A program made the translations under genes and the position numbers. DNA of 64,000 bases from Gekko japonicus. Its lineage: Eukaryota. The stretch spans positions 3,153,731 through 3,217,730 of the forward strand of contig NW_015172553.1 in NCBI RefSeq assembly GCF_001447785.1, given 5' to 3'. Positions within the stretch are counted from its first letter, which is position 1. Every line of letters begins with the position of its first letter. Below are positions 32,641 to 44,600 of the stretch, piece after piece. The notes under the pieces were generated by a model. It did no database searches. It was not told the DNA's origin and saw nothing but the letters and a program-made list of their open reading frames with translations.

Positions 32641-35600
32641 ATGCTGAGTGCCTTCTTGATTGCCCAGCTGGCCCTGTTGCTGAGCAGGGTGGGGCCAGGC
32701 CTGGTAAGTGGGGCCAGGGAGCCAGTGGTGGACATGCGGGATTAACTGGGGCTTCAGGTGGGGCAGGAAGTACTTGCTTTGAAAATGTATGGGTGGCATG
32801 TGAGAGGGGGCTGGACTTGCCTCCATCAGCTGCCCCTCAGTTTAGAAGCCTTTGGAGACAGATGACCAAGCCTGGCCAACTTGACTCTTTGGGGGGGTGG
32901 GGGTGAGTTATTTCTGGCAAGACCCAATATTGGCAAGCATTGATCAAAACTGTGCTTCTGAGCCTGTAGAAGTAGGAGCTGGCAGATGCAGTCTTTGCCT
33001 CGCATGGCTGGTGTGTGGTCTACAAGTGGTTCCCTCTCAAACAGTCCCTTAATGGTAGTACTTCACATAGGGTTGACAACCTCCAGATGGCAGCTGGAGA
33101 TCTCCCACTATTACAACTGTTCTCCAGGGAACAGAGAGAGTTCACCAGGGGAAAAATGGCTGCTTCGGAAGGTGGACTCTATGGCATTATACCTCACTGA
33201 AATCCTTCCCCTCCCCAAACCCCACACTCCTCAGGCTCCACTCCCAAAATCCTCAGGTATATTCCAACCTGGAACTGGCAACCCTAACTCCACAGTCAAT
33301 GTGTGTGTGGCCTTTTGTTGGTGTGCAAAAAAAGTGGTTGTGTAAGGGGGAGTCTTTGGATTACTCCCATTGCTGGCAGGCCCATAGCTACAGTGGGGCA
33401 TATCGGGGCTAGCCCCCCTGACATACTGGCAATGCCCCATTGCTTCCCATCCAGCCTAGGGCCCCTGAGCAGTGGTAGATGTGGGGAAGGAGCCAGGTAT
33501 TCCTTTAATTCGATTAGCCAGTGCCCCCTAAGAAATTTAAATGCCCCCCCTACTTAAAAAATCCTAACTACGGGCCTGATTGCTGGTAACTCTAAGTTCC
33601 CTTGCTTGAAAGCCAGTCGAATCCAACTCTAGGGGACGGTGCTCATCTCCGTTTCCAAGCCAAAGAGCCAGCGCTGTCCAAAGACTTCTCCATGGTCATG
33701 TGGCTGGCATGACTAAACACAGAGGTGCAACGAACACTGTTACCTTCCCACCGAAGCGGTACCTATTTATCTACTTGCAATTTCTTGCTTTCAAACTGCT
33801 AGGATGGCAGGAGCTGGGGCCAGAAAGTGACACGGCACTCGGGTCTCAAACTGCCGAGCTACCGACCTTCCAGTCTGCAGTTCAGCGTCTTAACCTATGA
33901 GCCATCGCGGTCCTCAAGTGCAGTACTAGAGAGAAGTTAATTTGGGGAAATGAGAAAGACAAATTAGTTTAGGTATGACAAGAGAGGGAATTTCTGCAGG
34001 GAGATCCCAACTGTGCTATCAGTGAGAGGGATAAGGGCCAAGGAGCATGAACAATCATGAGTGGCAGATTTATTTGTTTCTACCCCATTTTTCTCTCCAA
34101 TAGCGACCCAAAGCAACCTACAATATTGTTCTCCCCTCTTTCATTTTATTTTCACAACAGCCCTGTAAGATAGGTTAAGGTGAGAATGTGTGAGTGCCCC
34201 AAGATCACCCACTAAGCTTCTATGGCAGAGTGAGGATTTGAATCTGGGTTTCCCAAATCCTAATCAAACACACTGACCACTCCACCATGCTGGCTTCATG
34301 GTTTTATTAAGTGTTCAAAAAGTTGAGCAGTAGGCAGCGCCTCTTGGGCTACTAGGCTGCCCTGCATGAGGGAAGGGCATATTTCCCCTACCACATGAAC
34401 ACAGAGGACTACATATGACCCCTCAGTTTCCTCTACAGAATCGGGAGCCCATCAGATATGTCCAAGGTTTGCTCTCATTTGCCACCATTCAGTGCCCATG
34501 AAGGAAACCAGGTTGCAGTAAAACCAGAGGTGTACCTATGCAGTAAAACCAGAGATGTACCTAAGGAAGCATTTCAGGGTGCAGGGATGTAGATCACGGT
34601 AAGCAAAAAATTATTGAAGCAGAACAAGAGATGCCATTGCTCTGTGCAAACGTCTCATTTATGGCTGAGAAAAGGCAAGTGGCAACCAAGGTGTAGACTG
34701 ATAGATACGTAAACAAGATTTCTTTATGATAAACGTGAAGGCAGTTAACGCTGTGCTCTACAGACAGTAAAGTACCAAACCCAAACCAAAAGTTTTCAGC
34801 CCCAAAGGTAAACTAAAGGTAAAGGTTCCCTTGTTCGAAAGCCAGTCGAATCCGACTCTAGGGTTGCGGTGCTCATCTCCGTTTCAAAGCCGAAGAGCCA
34901 GCGCTGTCCAAAGACTTTTCCGTGGTCATGTGGCCGGCATGACTAAACACCAAGGCGCACAGAACGCTGTTACCTTCCCACCGAAGTGGTCCCTATTTAT
35001 CTACTTGCAATTTCTTGCTTTCGAACTGCTAGGTTGGCAGGAGCTGGAACTAGAGACGGGAGCTCACTCCGTCATGCGGCACCCCTGGGTCTCGAACTGC
35101 TGAACTACTGACCTTCCACAGCCTGCAGTTCAGCGTCTTAACCACTTGAGCCACCGCAGCTCCAAACCAAATGGCAAAATGGTGTAAATTAATTAGTCCT
35201 CTTGCTTTAGAAAGCAGTCTCATTTCTGCTATTCTGATAAAAGTACATATAAGCTTTCCCGGGGAAGGAGGCAAATAGATCAGGAAAGCAGCGCAGGGTG
35301 GAAGACTAAACTCCTGGAGTGACAGCTGTTCTCCAGACTGCAAGGATTCATGCTGAGTGAGCAACATCTAAAAAACGACAGCTCCCGACTTGGGAATTTC
35401 CTGTGCTCAATCCTAGTTAGGTCCTTAGAAGTCTATGCCGTTCCCACCCCCCCCCCCTCGCAGTCTTGTCTCCCTCTTGTCCAGCTTCTCCACCATCTCT
35501 CTTGGCTCCCTTCATCTCTTTGCATCAGAATAGTCACCAAGTCACGCATTACAAAGTCCTTGTCCCTTTCCTTGTTGGGTCAACACATTATCTGGAAGTT

Positions 35601-38600
35601 TGTGCTTGGAACTTTATTCCCAGTAGGGTTGCCAACTCCAGATTGGGGAACTCCTGGATATTTGAAGGCAGTGTCTAGGGATGGTGGGGTTTGAGAAGGG
35701 GAGACGGAGACCTCAGCAGGGTATGATGCCACAGACTCCACCCTCCAAAGCAGCTGGTTTTGTTTTTTTCCAGGCGAACTGATCTCTGTATCAGTTCTAA
35801 TTCTGGGAGAACCTTAGGCCCCATCTGGAGGATGGCAACATGAATTATATGGGGGGAAAGCAGAATATATTTAATAAATTATGCAGTCCAAAAGTATGTT
35901 TGAGATCTAGCTGAATTAGCAACACTTCTTCTGAGTGCAGAGTTCAGGTTTCTTGGCCCCATCCTGAATTTTATACACACCTGAATCCTCCTAACCCCCA
36001 ACCCACCTTCCTGCTGACTTCTTGTATTTCCTCTTTCTGGGCCCTGTGGAACCAAGGCTGCTGCTCCTACACAGATCCATCGTGCTGGATACTGTTCGTT
36101 CTACGACACGTGTGGCAAGAACCCCGAGATTAATAATGGCATTCTTACCCCCACTGTGCCTTGCGTCTCCAACACACAAGCCCGGCAGCTTTCTGGCTAC
36201 CACCTTGAACTCCTGAAGACGACCTGCCCAATGTTATACAAAGGGGCCAATGACACCTTTGCCTGCTGTTCCATTCTACAGCTGGGAGCGTTGAAGCTCA
36301 GCCTCACCATCTCCCAAGCGATTCTGTCCCGATGCCCATCATGTGCTGAGAACTTTGCCAACATCTACTGCCAGAACACCTGCAGCCCGAATCAAAGCCT
36401 CTTCACCAATGTCACTCGTGTCTTTAACACCACCACCATCTTCGACATAAAAAAGCAGGGCGTCTTGGAGTACCAGTGCTACTACAAACAGGATTTTGCT
36501 GACCGGTCCTTCAACTCTTGCAAGGGTGTCCGTCTGCCTGCCACTGGTGGCTATGCGATTGGTGCCATGTGTGGCAAATACGGGTCCACTTTGTGCACCA
36601 CTCAGCGGTGGCTGGATTTCCAGGGGGACTCAAGCAATGGGCTGGCTCCTTTGGCCGTCTTGTTCAAGTTGGTGTCAGATGACACCGTCGTTGGGGATGA
36701 CATTGTGCCACTCAATGCGACTACTTGGAAGTGCAGTGAACCCGTGAGAGGGAGTGGAGACAGATGCTCCTGCCCAGACTGCCCTGATTCTTGCCCTCAC
36801 ATCCCATCTCCCACCCCTGCACCTCCACCCTTTAAAGTAGGTAATATGCGTGGATCCTTATTTCTGTGCTTGCTTCTGTTCTGCCTTCTCACGCTGCTTT
36901 TTATGTCTTTCCTGGTGTGGCGATGTTGCTCCTCAGCTAAGAAATCAAAAGATCAGAGCCTCAAGATGGTGAGCAATGGGTTGACCTCTTCTGAAAAGCT
37001 TAGCCGGGCAATCCAGAACTTCCTGACCAGAGCTTTCAGCAGCTGGGGCATGCTGGTGGCCTCTTACCCTATTACAGTCATTGTCATTTCAACAGGGGTG
37101 GTGGTTGCGCTCTCCAGCGGAATAGTCTTCATCCAACTTACCACAGACCCTATAGAGTTGTGGTCCTCCCCTGACAGCCGGGCCCGGCAGGAGAAGGACT
37201 TCTATGATCAGAACTTTGGGCCTTTCTTCAGGACCAACCAGGTAATCCTGACAGCCAAAGGCCATCCCAACTACACCTATGATTCTCTCATCCTGGGCAA
37301 GAAGAACTTCAATGGGATTTTGTCGATGGATGTGCTAAAGCAGTTGTTGATCCTGCAGTCAAAGCTGCAAAACATTGAGGTCTGGTCTGAAAAGCATGAC
37401 AGGAATATTTCTCTCCAAGATGTCTGCTATGCACCTCTGAACCCCCAAAATCCCAGCCTCTCTGACTGTTGTGTCAACAGCCTGTTGCAGTATTTCCAGA
37501 ACAATCTCACTCATCTGGAGATGACGGCGAACCAGACAATAAACGGACAGCAGGGCACAGTGGACTGGAGAGATCACTTCCTCTACTGCATCAAGTGAGT
37601 GACAGATTATGGCTCATGTATACCACAGGCAAGGAGGGGGCTGGATGTTAAGTGAGGTGGCTAAATATGCCCCAGTGTGGAGACTGCATAGATTTGTTCG
37701 GGTTCGGGTCTGGCTGATTCCCATGTGGGGAGCCTGGAGCGAATTCCCACCCCCTGTCAGTTTTCCTAGCAAGCAATTCAAGGTAGATGGTTCCTTTCCT
37801 GTAAGGCATCCTGGTTTCATATGTAAAAGCCAGGGTACCTGCTTAACTTCCTCTTTTCTCATGACAAACTATGATCAGACAACTACAGCATTGTTTGGCC
37901 CACCCAGGTTGTGTGCTGCACCAACACACAATGCAGCTACTTTATACCCAGTCAGACCTTCGGGCTCCTAAGGTCAGAGAACAGAGGTTACAAGTGCAAG
38001 CAGGTCTTTAGCAGCTAGTCTTCCCCAACCCTGTCTTAGGGATCTTTTAAGTTTGTATATACACAAGTGTGTGTGATTGGTGTGATATTTTTGTGAAATA
38101 AGATAGAACCCTTCCAAATAATAAAGCTGACTTTACCGACTACCTGAAGGGGCAAAGATGAAGAGAGAGAAAGAGACGAAAATCACAGCAGCTCTCTTAT
38201 ATTAAGCAATGATTTCTTATTCTGCTGTTCTTCTCTGCCTACAAGTCATTTTTACATCTCAATGGCAGCTATAAATTTCCTAAGCACATTATTCTGCCCA
38301 CAATTAGTTTCAATGGAACCCACCTGTGAATGTTTGTGTACAGCACCCCTGAGGAAGAGAAACCGAACTGGGAGAGAAAAAGGGGGTGGGGAAGTCACAC
38401 TTTTCAGGGGCATGAGGAGATACTGAGAGAAAGAAGCTGTACTTATGGAAGCTCGGATTTGGGTGTGTGTGTGTGTGTACAAGCACATATGACAGGAAAA
38501 GAGGCATGCTAAAGGGAGGAGTGAGTTAGTAGTGGAGAGAAAATGATAGTGATTGTCTGAAATATCATCAAGGAAGGGGAAAAGAGAGGGGAAGGAGAAA

Positions 38601-41600
38601 GTGACATCAGTGTGGCCTGTAATCTAATTCAGTTCACTGGCTCATGGCGAAAAAGATTGTGTGCTCCCACCTCCTTTGCCGTTTAAAGAGTAGACAAAGA
38701 AACGGGAAGAAAGCTGTAAACTCAAATCCCCGCGCCTCTGAGTGCAGGAAATGACTGTTAATCAGCCAGTCACAGGGATGCTTTGGGATGTCTAACTAAA
38801 GACTTCAATTCCCAGGGGCAACTGCTCTTAAAGATATATGGCAGTTCTACTTAAAACTACAGTTAAACGCTGGCTGGGGGCAGCACAGTGGCCTGATTCC
38901 TTAAGAACGGGCATTGCTCCAGTCTGAAGGACAGATTTTGGGGAAGGGAAAGAACTAAGGACTCCCCAGCCTAAAAACAGATCTTTTATCCACACTGTTC
39001 TGGTAGTTGCTATCCTCCAGGGGGAACCTGGAGTTCTCCTGGAATTACAACGCATCTCTAGACTATGGAGATTAGTTCCCCCAGAGAAAATGGAAGCTTC
39101 AGAGGGTAGAGGGGGATCCACATGAATTCACATCCCTGCTGAGCTCCCTCCCCAAACTTTGCTCTCCCCACACTCTGACCCCAGTCTCCAGGAATTTCAC
39201 ATGCCAGAGCTGGCAGCCCTAATTTGTGGAATGACCATTATGCTTACAGCATGCCTGACAAGATGTAAAAATGTATAGGAATTACCTTACTGAAAACTTC
39301 ACGGGGGGGGGGGCTGTTATCCTTGTGAAAGGATAATTCTGTTATTGCTAGCTCGTGAGAAATTTCCACCTAATGTTCTGAATAGGGATGCTTGAATACC
39401 TGCTAGTTTGGCTCACATCTGAGAGTGGTGATCAGGCACCCAATTAATTTGCAGGCTGTTCACGGCCTGTCTGCATCTATTCGAAAGAACAGGCTGCTTG
39501 CAGTCATCAGAAGCTGACTCTGAGCTTGTGCCTAACTGGCTGGGAGTCGGTTTCTGATTTCCTGCTGTGGAAATTTTTCTCTCTATCCTGCCAAGTTTGG
39601 GGGGTTTTTTTGGGGGGGAGGAATCAGGACTCCCAGCTGGTTGCAGCTGTCAGGTCCTTCTGATCTCCCAACCAGGAAGCTTCGCTACATCTCAGGTTTG
39701 CTGAGATGCAGCAAAGTTATGTATGTGTGGGTAGTCGGTGATAAGAAGTATAGTCAGGGGTCATTTCCTGCAGGAGCACATAGGAGCGGAGCTCCGGCAG
39801 TAAAGAGCCCAGGGGGCGGGCACATGCAACAAGCCCCACCCCCTGCTCCCAGCAGCCCTCAGTCAGAGCAAGAAGCAGCCAGGTAAGCTGCAGAGCTCCC
39901 CCCAGCCCCCTGGTCCGAAACAGTCCAGTGGCACCTTTAAGACCAAGTTTTATTCAGGTACAAGCTCTCCCTCCTCTGCGAGGACAGATCTGCACGTTTC
40001 CCCCCCCCCCAATAGCTAGCAATCCAAAACAGTCCAGTGGAGCCTGAGCGGTGGGTATTGCCTTCTGACACACTTCAGATGATGTCAGGGGGTGTGGCAC
40101 ATGCAAATATCATGCTAATGAGTTATGCTAATGAGCTCCTGCACCTCTTTTTCTACGAAATGACCCCTGAGTATAGTTGATTCCACTTCTGCCCTCCCCG
40201 AGCTGATAGCTACACCTGTAGAAAATAGGAGACTGTTCCTGTTCTTTGTAGCCCAAGCTCTTACTCTGAGGTGTGTTACGGGGAAGAAATTTATTACTTC
40301 TCCTCACCAGGCTCACCTCCATCTGTCAGTTTGAGCCACAGAAAAAGGAGATTAATTGTTTCTCTCTCTCTCTCTTTTGAAGTAGGGAGATCAGAAGCCA
40401 ACCACTTCTTTCCCCACCCCCCAACTTGGAGTGGTGGGAAGAGAAACAATTTGTTTCTTCTCTTTTTGTTGCAACACAGATCAAAAGCCAGTCACTCAGC
40501 TTCACCATGTAGCAATTTTTCTGAGGAGGATGGATCAGAGACTCATTCCTAGCCGATTCCCCTTCCACTGTGCCCCAGCACAACAAGCCCTGTCTGCAGG
40601 AAAGTGGTGGGAGATCAGACCCCAACTCCAAGCTCAGGCCCTCATCAGCTGTGAGTAGGTTTTTGATGCAACAGGCAGCTGCAAACTGGTTCAGCAGTTG
40701 TTTGATGCAAGGTGAACATATCCCTGATCAGCTGATGGTCTGAATGTGTCAAACAGAATATGTTTGACTACCAAACGGCTTCCCTGCAAAACTCGTGGCA
40801 TTTCTAGTTCTGGTCAGAAATGCTAAAAATTCTCTTCATTTTTTGGATGATCTCCTGATGTCAGTATGAACCACTATAAATTATCAAAACGAATTACTTG
40901 AGAATGGGACACCGCCCCCCCCCCCCCCCCCCCCGCCCACCCCTGCGCTATACAATCAGAAAACCGGAGGTCCTTCCCCCAAAAGTTTTTCCCCCCTACA
41001 GTTGCCAGCCTCCAGGCAGGGCCTGTAGGTCTTCTGAAATTAAACTGATTTCCAGACCTAAATCAATTTCCCAGGAGGAAATGTCTGCCAGAGCATTACC
41101 TTATGCCCAAGGCAAGACTATAAAACTGTGTCCCCTATACTTTCATACTAGTTATTTTGGTTAAAAGGTAAATATATAAATAATGGGTCGATTTGTTTTG
41201 TTGCATTTGGTCAAAGCCACAGCACAGCTCCCCTGGAGAAAATGGCTATTTTGGCCCCTCCCTTCCCCAAGCCCTGCCCTCCCCAGGCTCCACCCCCAGA
41301 ACGTCTAGGTATTTCCCAGCCCACAGCTGGCAACTCCAAGCTAGTAAGCCATGCATGGTCTTCCTTATTCACAAGAGATAATTTTTAGATATACAGAGAA
41401 ATAACTAACAAGAAGAATAACAGTCATGAGATTGGCATACAAAATCAACTAATGCATAAGTGAGTATTCAACTTACTGTTTTAAATATACAAAATTAAAC
41501 CACATCAGGTACAACCACTTTTTACAATTGCACTTTTCACACTTTCAATGACATTAACATTTGACCTTTTTTTTTTTAATTTTTAAAGCTTACCACCAGA

Positions 41601-44600
41601 AAACTTGGAACATTAACATGACCTGCCTAGCACTGATGAGTTGAAAGATCTTAACTGTTTCTTTTTCAAACTTTCTCTGATGCCACAAAGCAACCAATCA
41701 CTGTTTTTGAAAAGAGAAGAAAGAGTGGGGGCCTGGAGCGCTCCCAGAATTTACAACTCATCAGACTAAGGATTAGTTCCCCTGGAGAAAATGGCAGACC
41801 GTCTGGCATCATATTCTTCTTCAGCTCCCTCCCCTTCCCAAAGTCCACCCTACCCAGTAGGGTTGCCAGGTCTGTGTCAGAAAATACCTGGAGACTTTGG
41901 GGGCGGATCCAGGAGAGGGTGGGACTTGGGGAGGGGAGGGGCCTCAGTACAATGCCATAGAGTCCCCCCTTCAAAGCAGCCGTTTTCTCCAGGGGAATTC
42001 CAAAAACAACATCCGTGACAAAAATAACAAAGAGTCAATAAAGATAAGTTGCTAAAATGTTTACTGTAGTAATTTCTGTAGAAAATTTTCTTCTATTATC
42101 GCTCACACGCTAACGAATACAATACGCAATGAACAATTTGTTTCACAATATTTGGGTTCTGTTATTAGAGAGTCAACATGGAATGTTTCCTTCAAGAATT
42201 GATAAGTAGTGATTGATAAGAATTGAGATTGCTACATGCTCAGATAAAGCAAATATTGTGAAACGAATTGTTCATTGCTCGGTATTCGTTAGCGTGTGAG
42301 CGATAATAGAAGAAAATTTTCTACAGAAATTACTACAGTAAACATTTTTGCAACTTATCTTTATTGACTCTTCGTTATTTTTGTCACGGATGTTGTTTTT
42401 GGAATTCCACTTCCTCCCGTGTTCTCTCATTTATGTTTTCTCCAGGGGAGCTGATCTCTGTCAGCAGGAGATCAGTTGTAAAAGCGGGGGATCTCCAGGC
42501 TCCACCTGGAAGCTGGCAACCCTACCAGTCTCCATCTCTAAATCTCCTGGAATGTTCTTACCTGGAGTTCCTGACCTTATTTCTCTCTTATGGTGCAATT
42601 CCTAATACTGAGGAAGGGCCCCATTTCTAACTTCTATTGCTTCATCTTTAGCCCAATCAACATAGTTCAGGGGCCTTCCAGAAGGCTGCTTTTCTTCTAG
42701 TGGAAACTTGGAATGCTGAAGGTATCTCCCTCACTCAGTGCAACAATGGGGGATGGGCTTTCCCCCTCCGATTATCTATTTATGGCTTTGTCTTATTCTC
42801 TTAGCTCACCGCTCTCCTTCCAAGACATCACAGAGCTGAAGCTGAGTTGTATGGCAGACTATGGAGCTCCTGTGTTTCCCTTCCTGGCAGTAGGGGGTTA
42901 TCCAGGTAGGAGATATATGACTTTGCACAAAAGAGATCACGAGTTGCAAACTAATGTCCACAACTAGTCAGGTGTCCATCAGAAGACCAGGGACATACCT
43001 CCCCTTTCAACAAACAGGGTTGACCCAGGTGTCCATCTAGTTGGAGACTCTTCCTTCTCCCAAGTTTTCAGCTGTCCCTTGGAATTTAGATTGTGTCATT
43101 TAAGCAAGAGGTGTGGTTCCTGACATGCTCTAAGGGAACTGCTTATGTACATCACACTCTGTACCATGAAGGGAAAGGCCAGAAAAGATTCATTTCATTG
43201 CTGTATTGCTAGGGAAGATTGGAATATTGAAACCAACCAGGAGCAGGCCTGAGTGTCCCCTGCACTGCTGACTCCACAGGAACCACTCAGTTCAGACCAG
43301 CCAGTAATGATGACAGTAGACACAGGCTTGCCTTTTGCTGCTGGCAAAGTCCAAGCTGAGTGGCTCCTGGGGTGCCACTGCCTGTGTCTCAGAGGTAGTT
43401 TGCTAAGCCAGGGGCTCTCCAAGGCAGCAGCCCATTAGGACCTTTCCTGGTAAGCTGAAAGGCCAGTCCACCCCTGGGTGCAGAGTCCTTCATATAAACA
43501 AAGCCCTAAAGGCATTTGGACACTCAAGGAACTACTGAGGCCCAAAAAAATCAATAAAACAGAGCTAGAGAGCAGAACAGGAAGGTCCTCACAGCCCAAG
43601 TTTTCCTGGAAAGAGAAAGTTTGGAGAGCTCGTTCCCGTGGAGCGCTGGAATGCTGAACTTATCTCCCTAGCTTGATGCAACAATGCGGGGATGACTAGC
43701 TTGGCTAGAGAAGGTCAAAGCTGCGGATTTTAAGCCTAGCCCAGCCCATCAACTGAAAGAATCCAAGCCTCCCTGAGGCACCAGTCATTGTGACCATGTC
43801 CAAGACAGTTTCGATCCCTTCTATTTGCATTCAGCTCCAGAGCAGGAATTTCTGACCTTCCACAGGTCTTACTAGCGCCATCCAAGGGAACTCTGATAAT
43901 TCCTCAGTTAAAATCATTTATGGCACTCAGTGCAGTAGCGTCTTTGCTTTGTGGTGAGCGTTATGGATGGCAGAGGGATTTTCTTGGCAAGTTGCCTAAC
44001 GTCTTATCAGCAGAGCTAATTGCTTGAGATGACTTCTGGGCAGGTGAGTCAGGAAGAAACAGGTAAAAATACATTACAGTCCTCGAGTTCCAAAGTACTA
44101 TCCTCCTCTGGTGAGCATAGAGCACTGTCCGTGGCCTGGAGATAGCGACTATTTCTGTAACACCTCCAGGGAAAAGAGAAGTTCCTCGTGTTTAGGCATG
44201 GTTTCAGGTGGTAGCTGTGTTAGTCTGAGAGCCAGTTTGGTATAGCGGTTAAGAGCACGGACTCTAATCTGGGAGAACTGGGTTTGATTCCCCACTCCTC
44301 CACATGCAGTTGCTGGTGTGAACTTGGGTCAGTCATAAATGCTTTCAGAGCTGTTCTCTCAAGGGCAGTTCTCGAGAGAGCTCTCTCAGCCTCAGCTACC
44401 TACACTCTGAGACTCCTTCGGGTAGTGAAGGGTGGGGGTATAAATCCAATCTCTTTTTCTTCTAATAGCAGAATAAAATTTGAGTCCAGTAACACCTTAA
44501 AGAACAACACAACTTTCAACGGTATGAAGCTTCATGAGTAAAAGTTAATTTGGCCATATAAGTAATGAGGAGGGCTAAACTTATGTTGTCCCCTGCCCAC

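Noticed and set aside
40915-40940. Poly-C/G runs (also about 1305-1322 and 3181-3190) as G-quadruplex elements
   Set aside because: Simple homopolymers of unreliable length with no supporting context.
41633-41652. CTGATGAGTTGAAAGATC as a hammerhead core
   Set aside because: There is no room for stem II and no stem I pairing.
43150-43870. Possible LTR in NPC1L1 intron 3
   Set aside because: TATA-like and AATAAA motifs are present, but I could not confirm TG..CA termini or a TSD.
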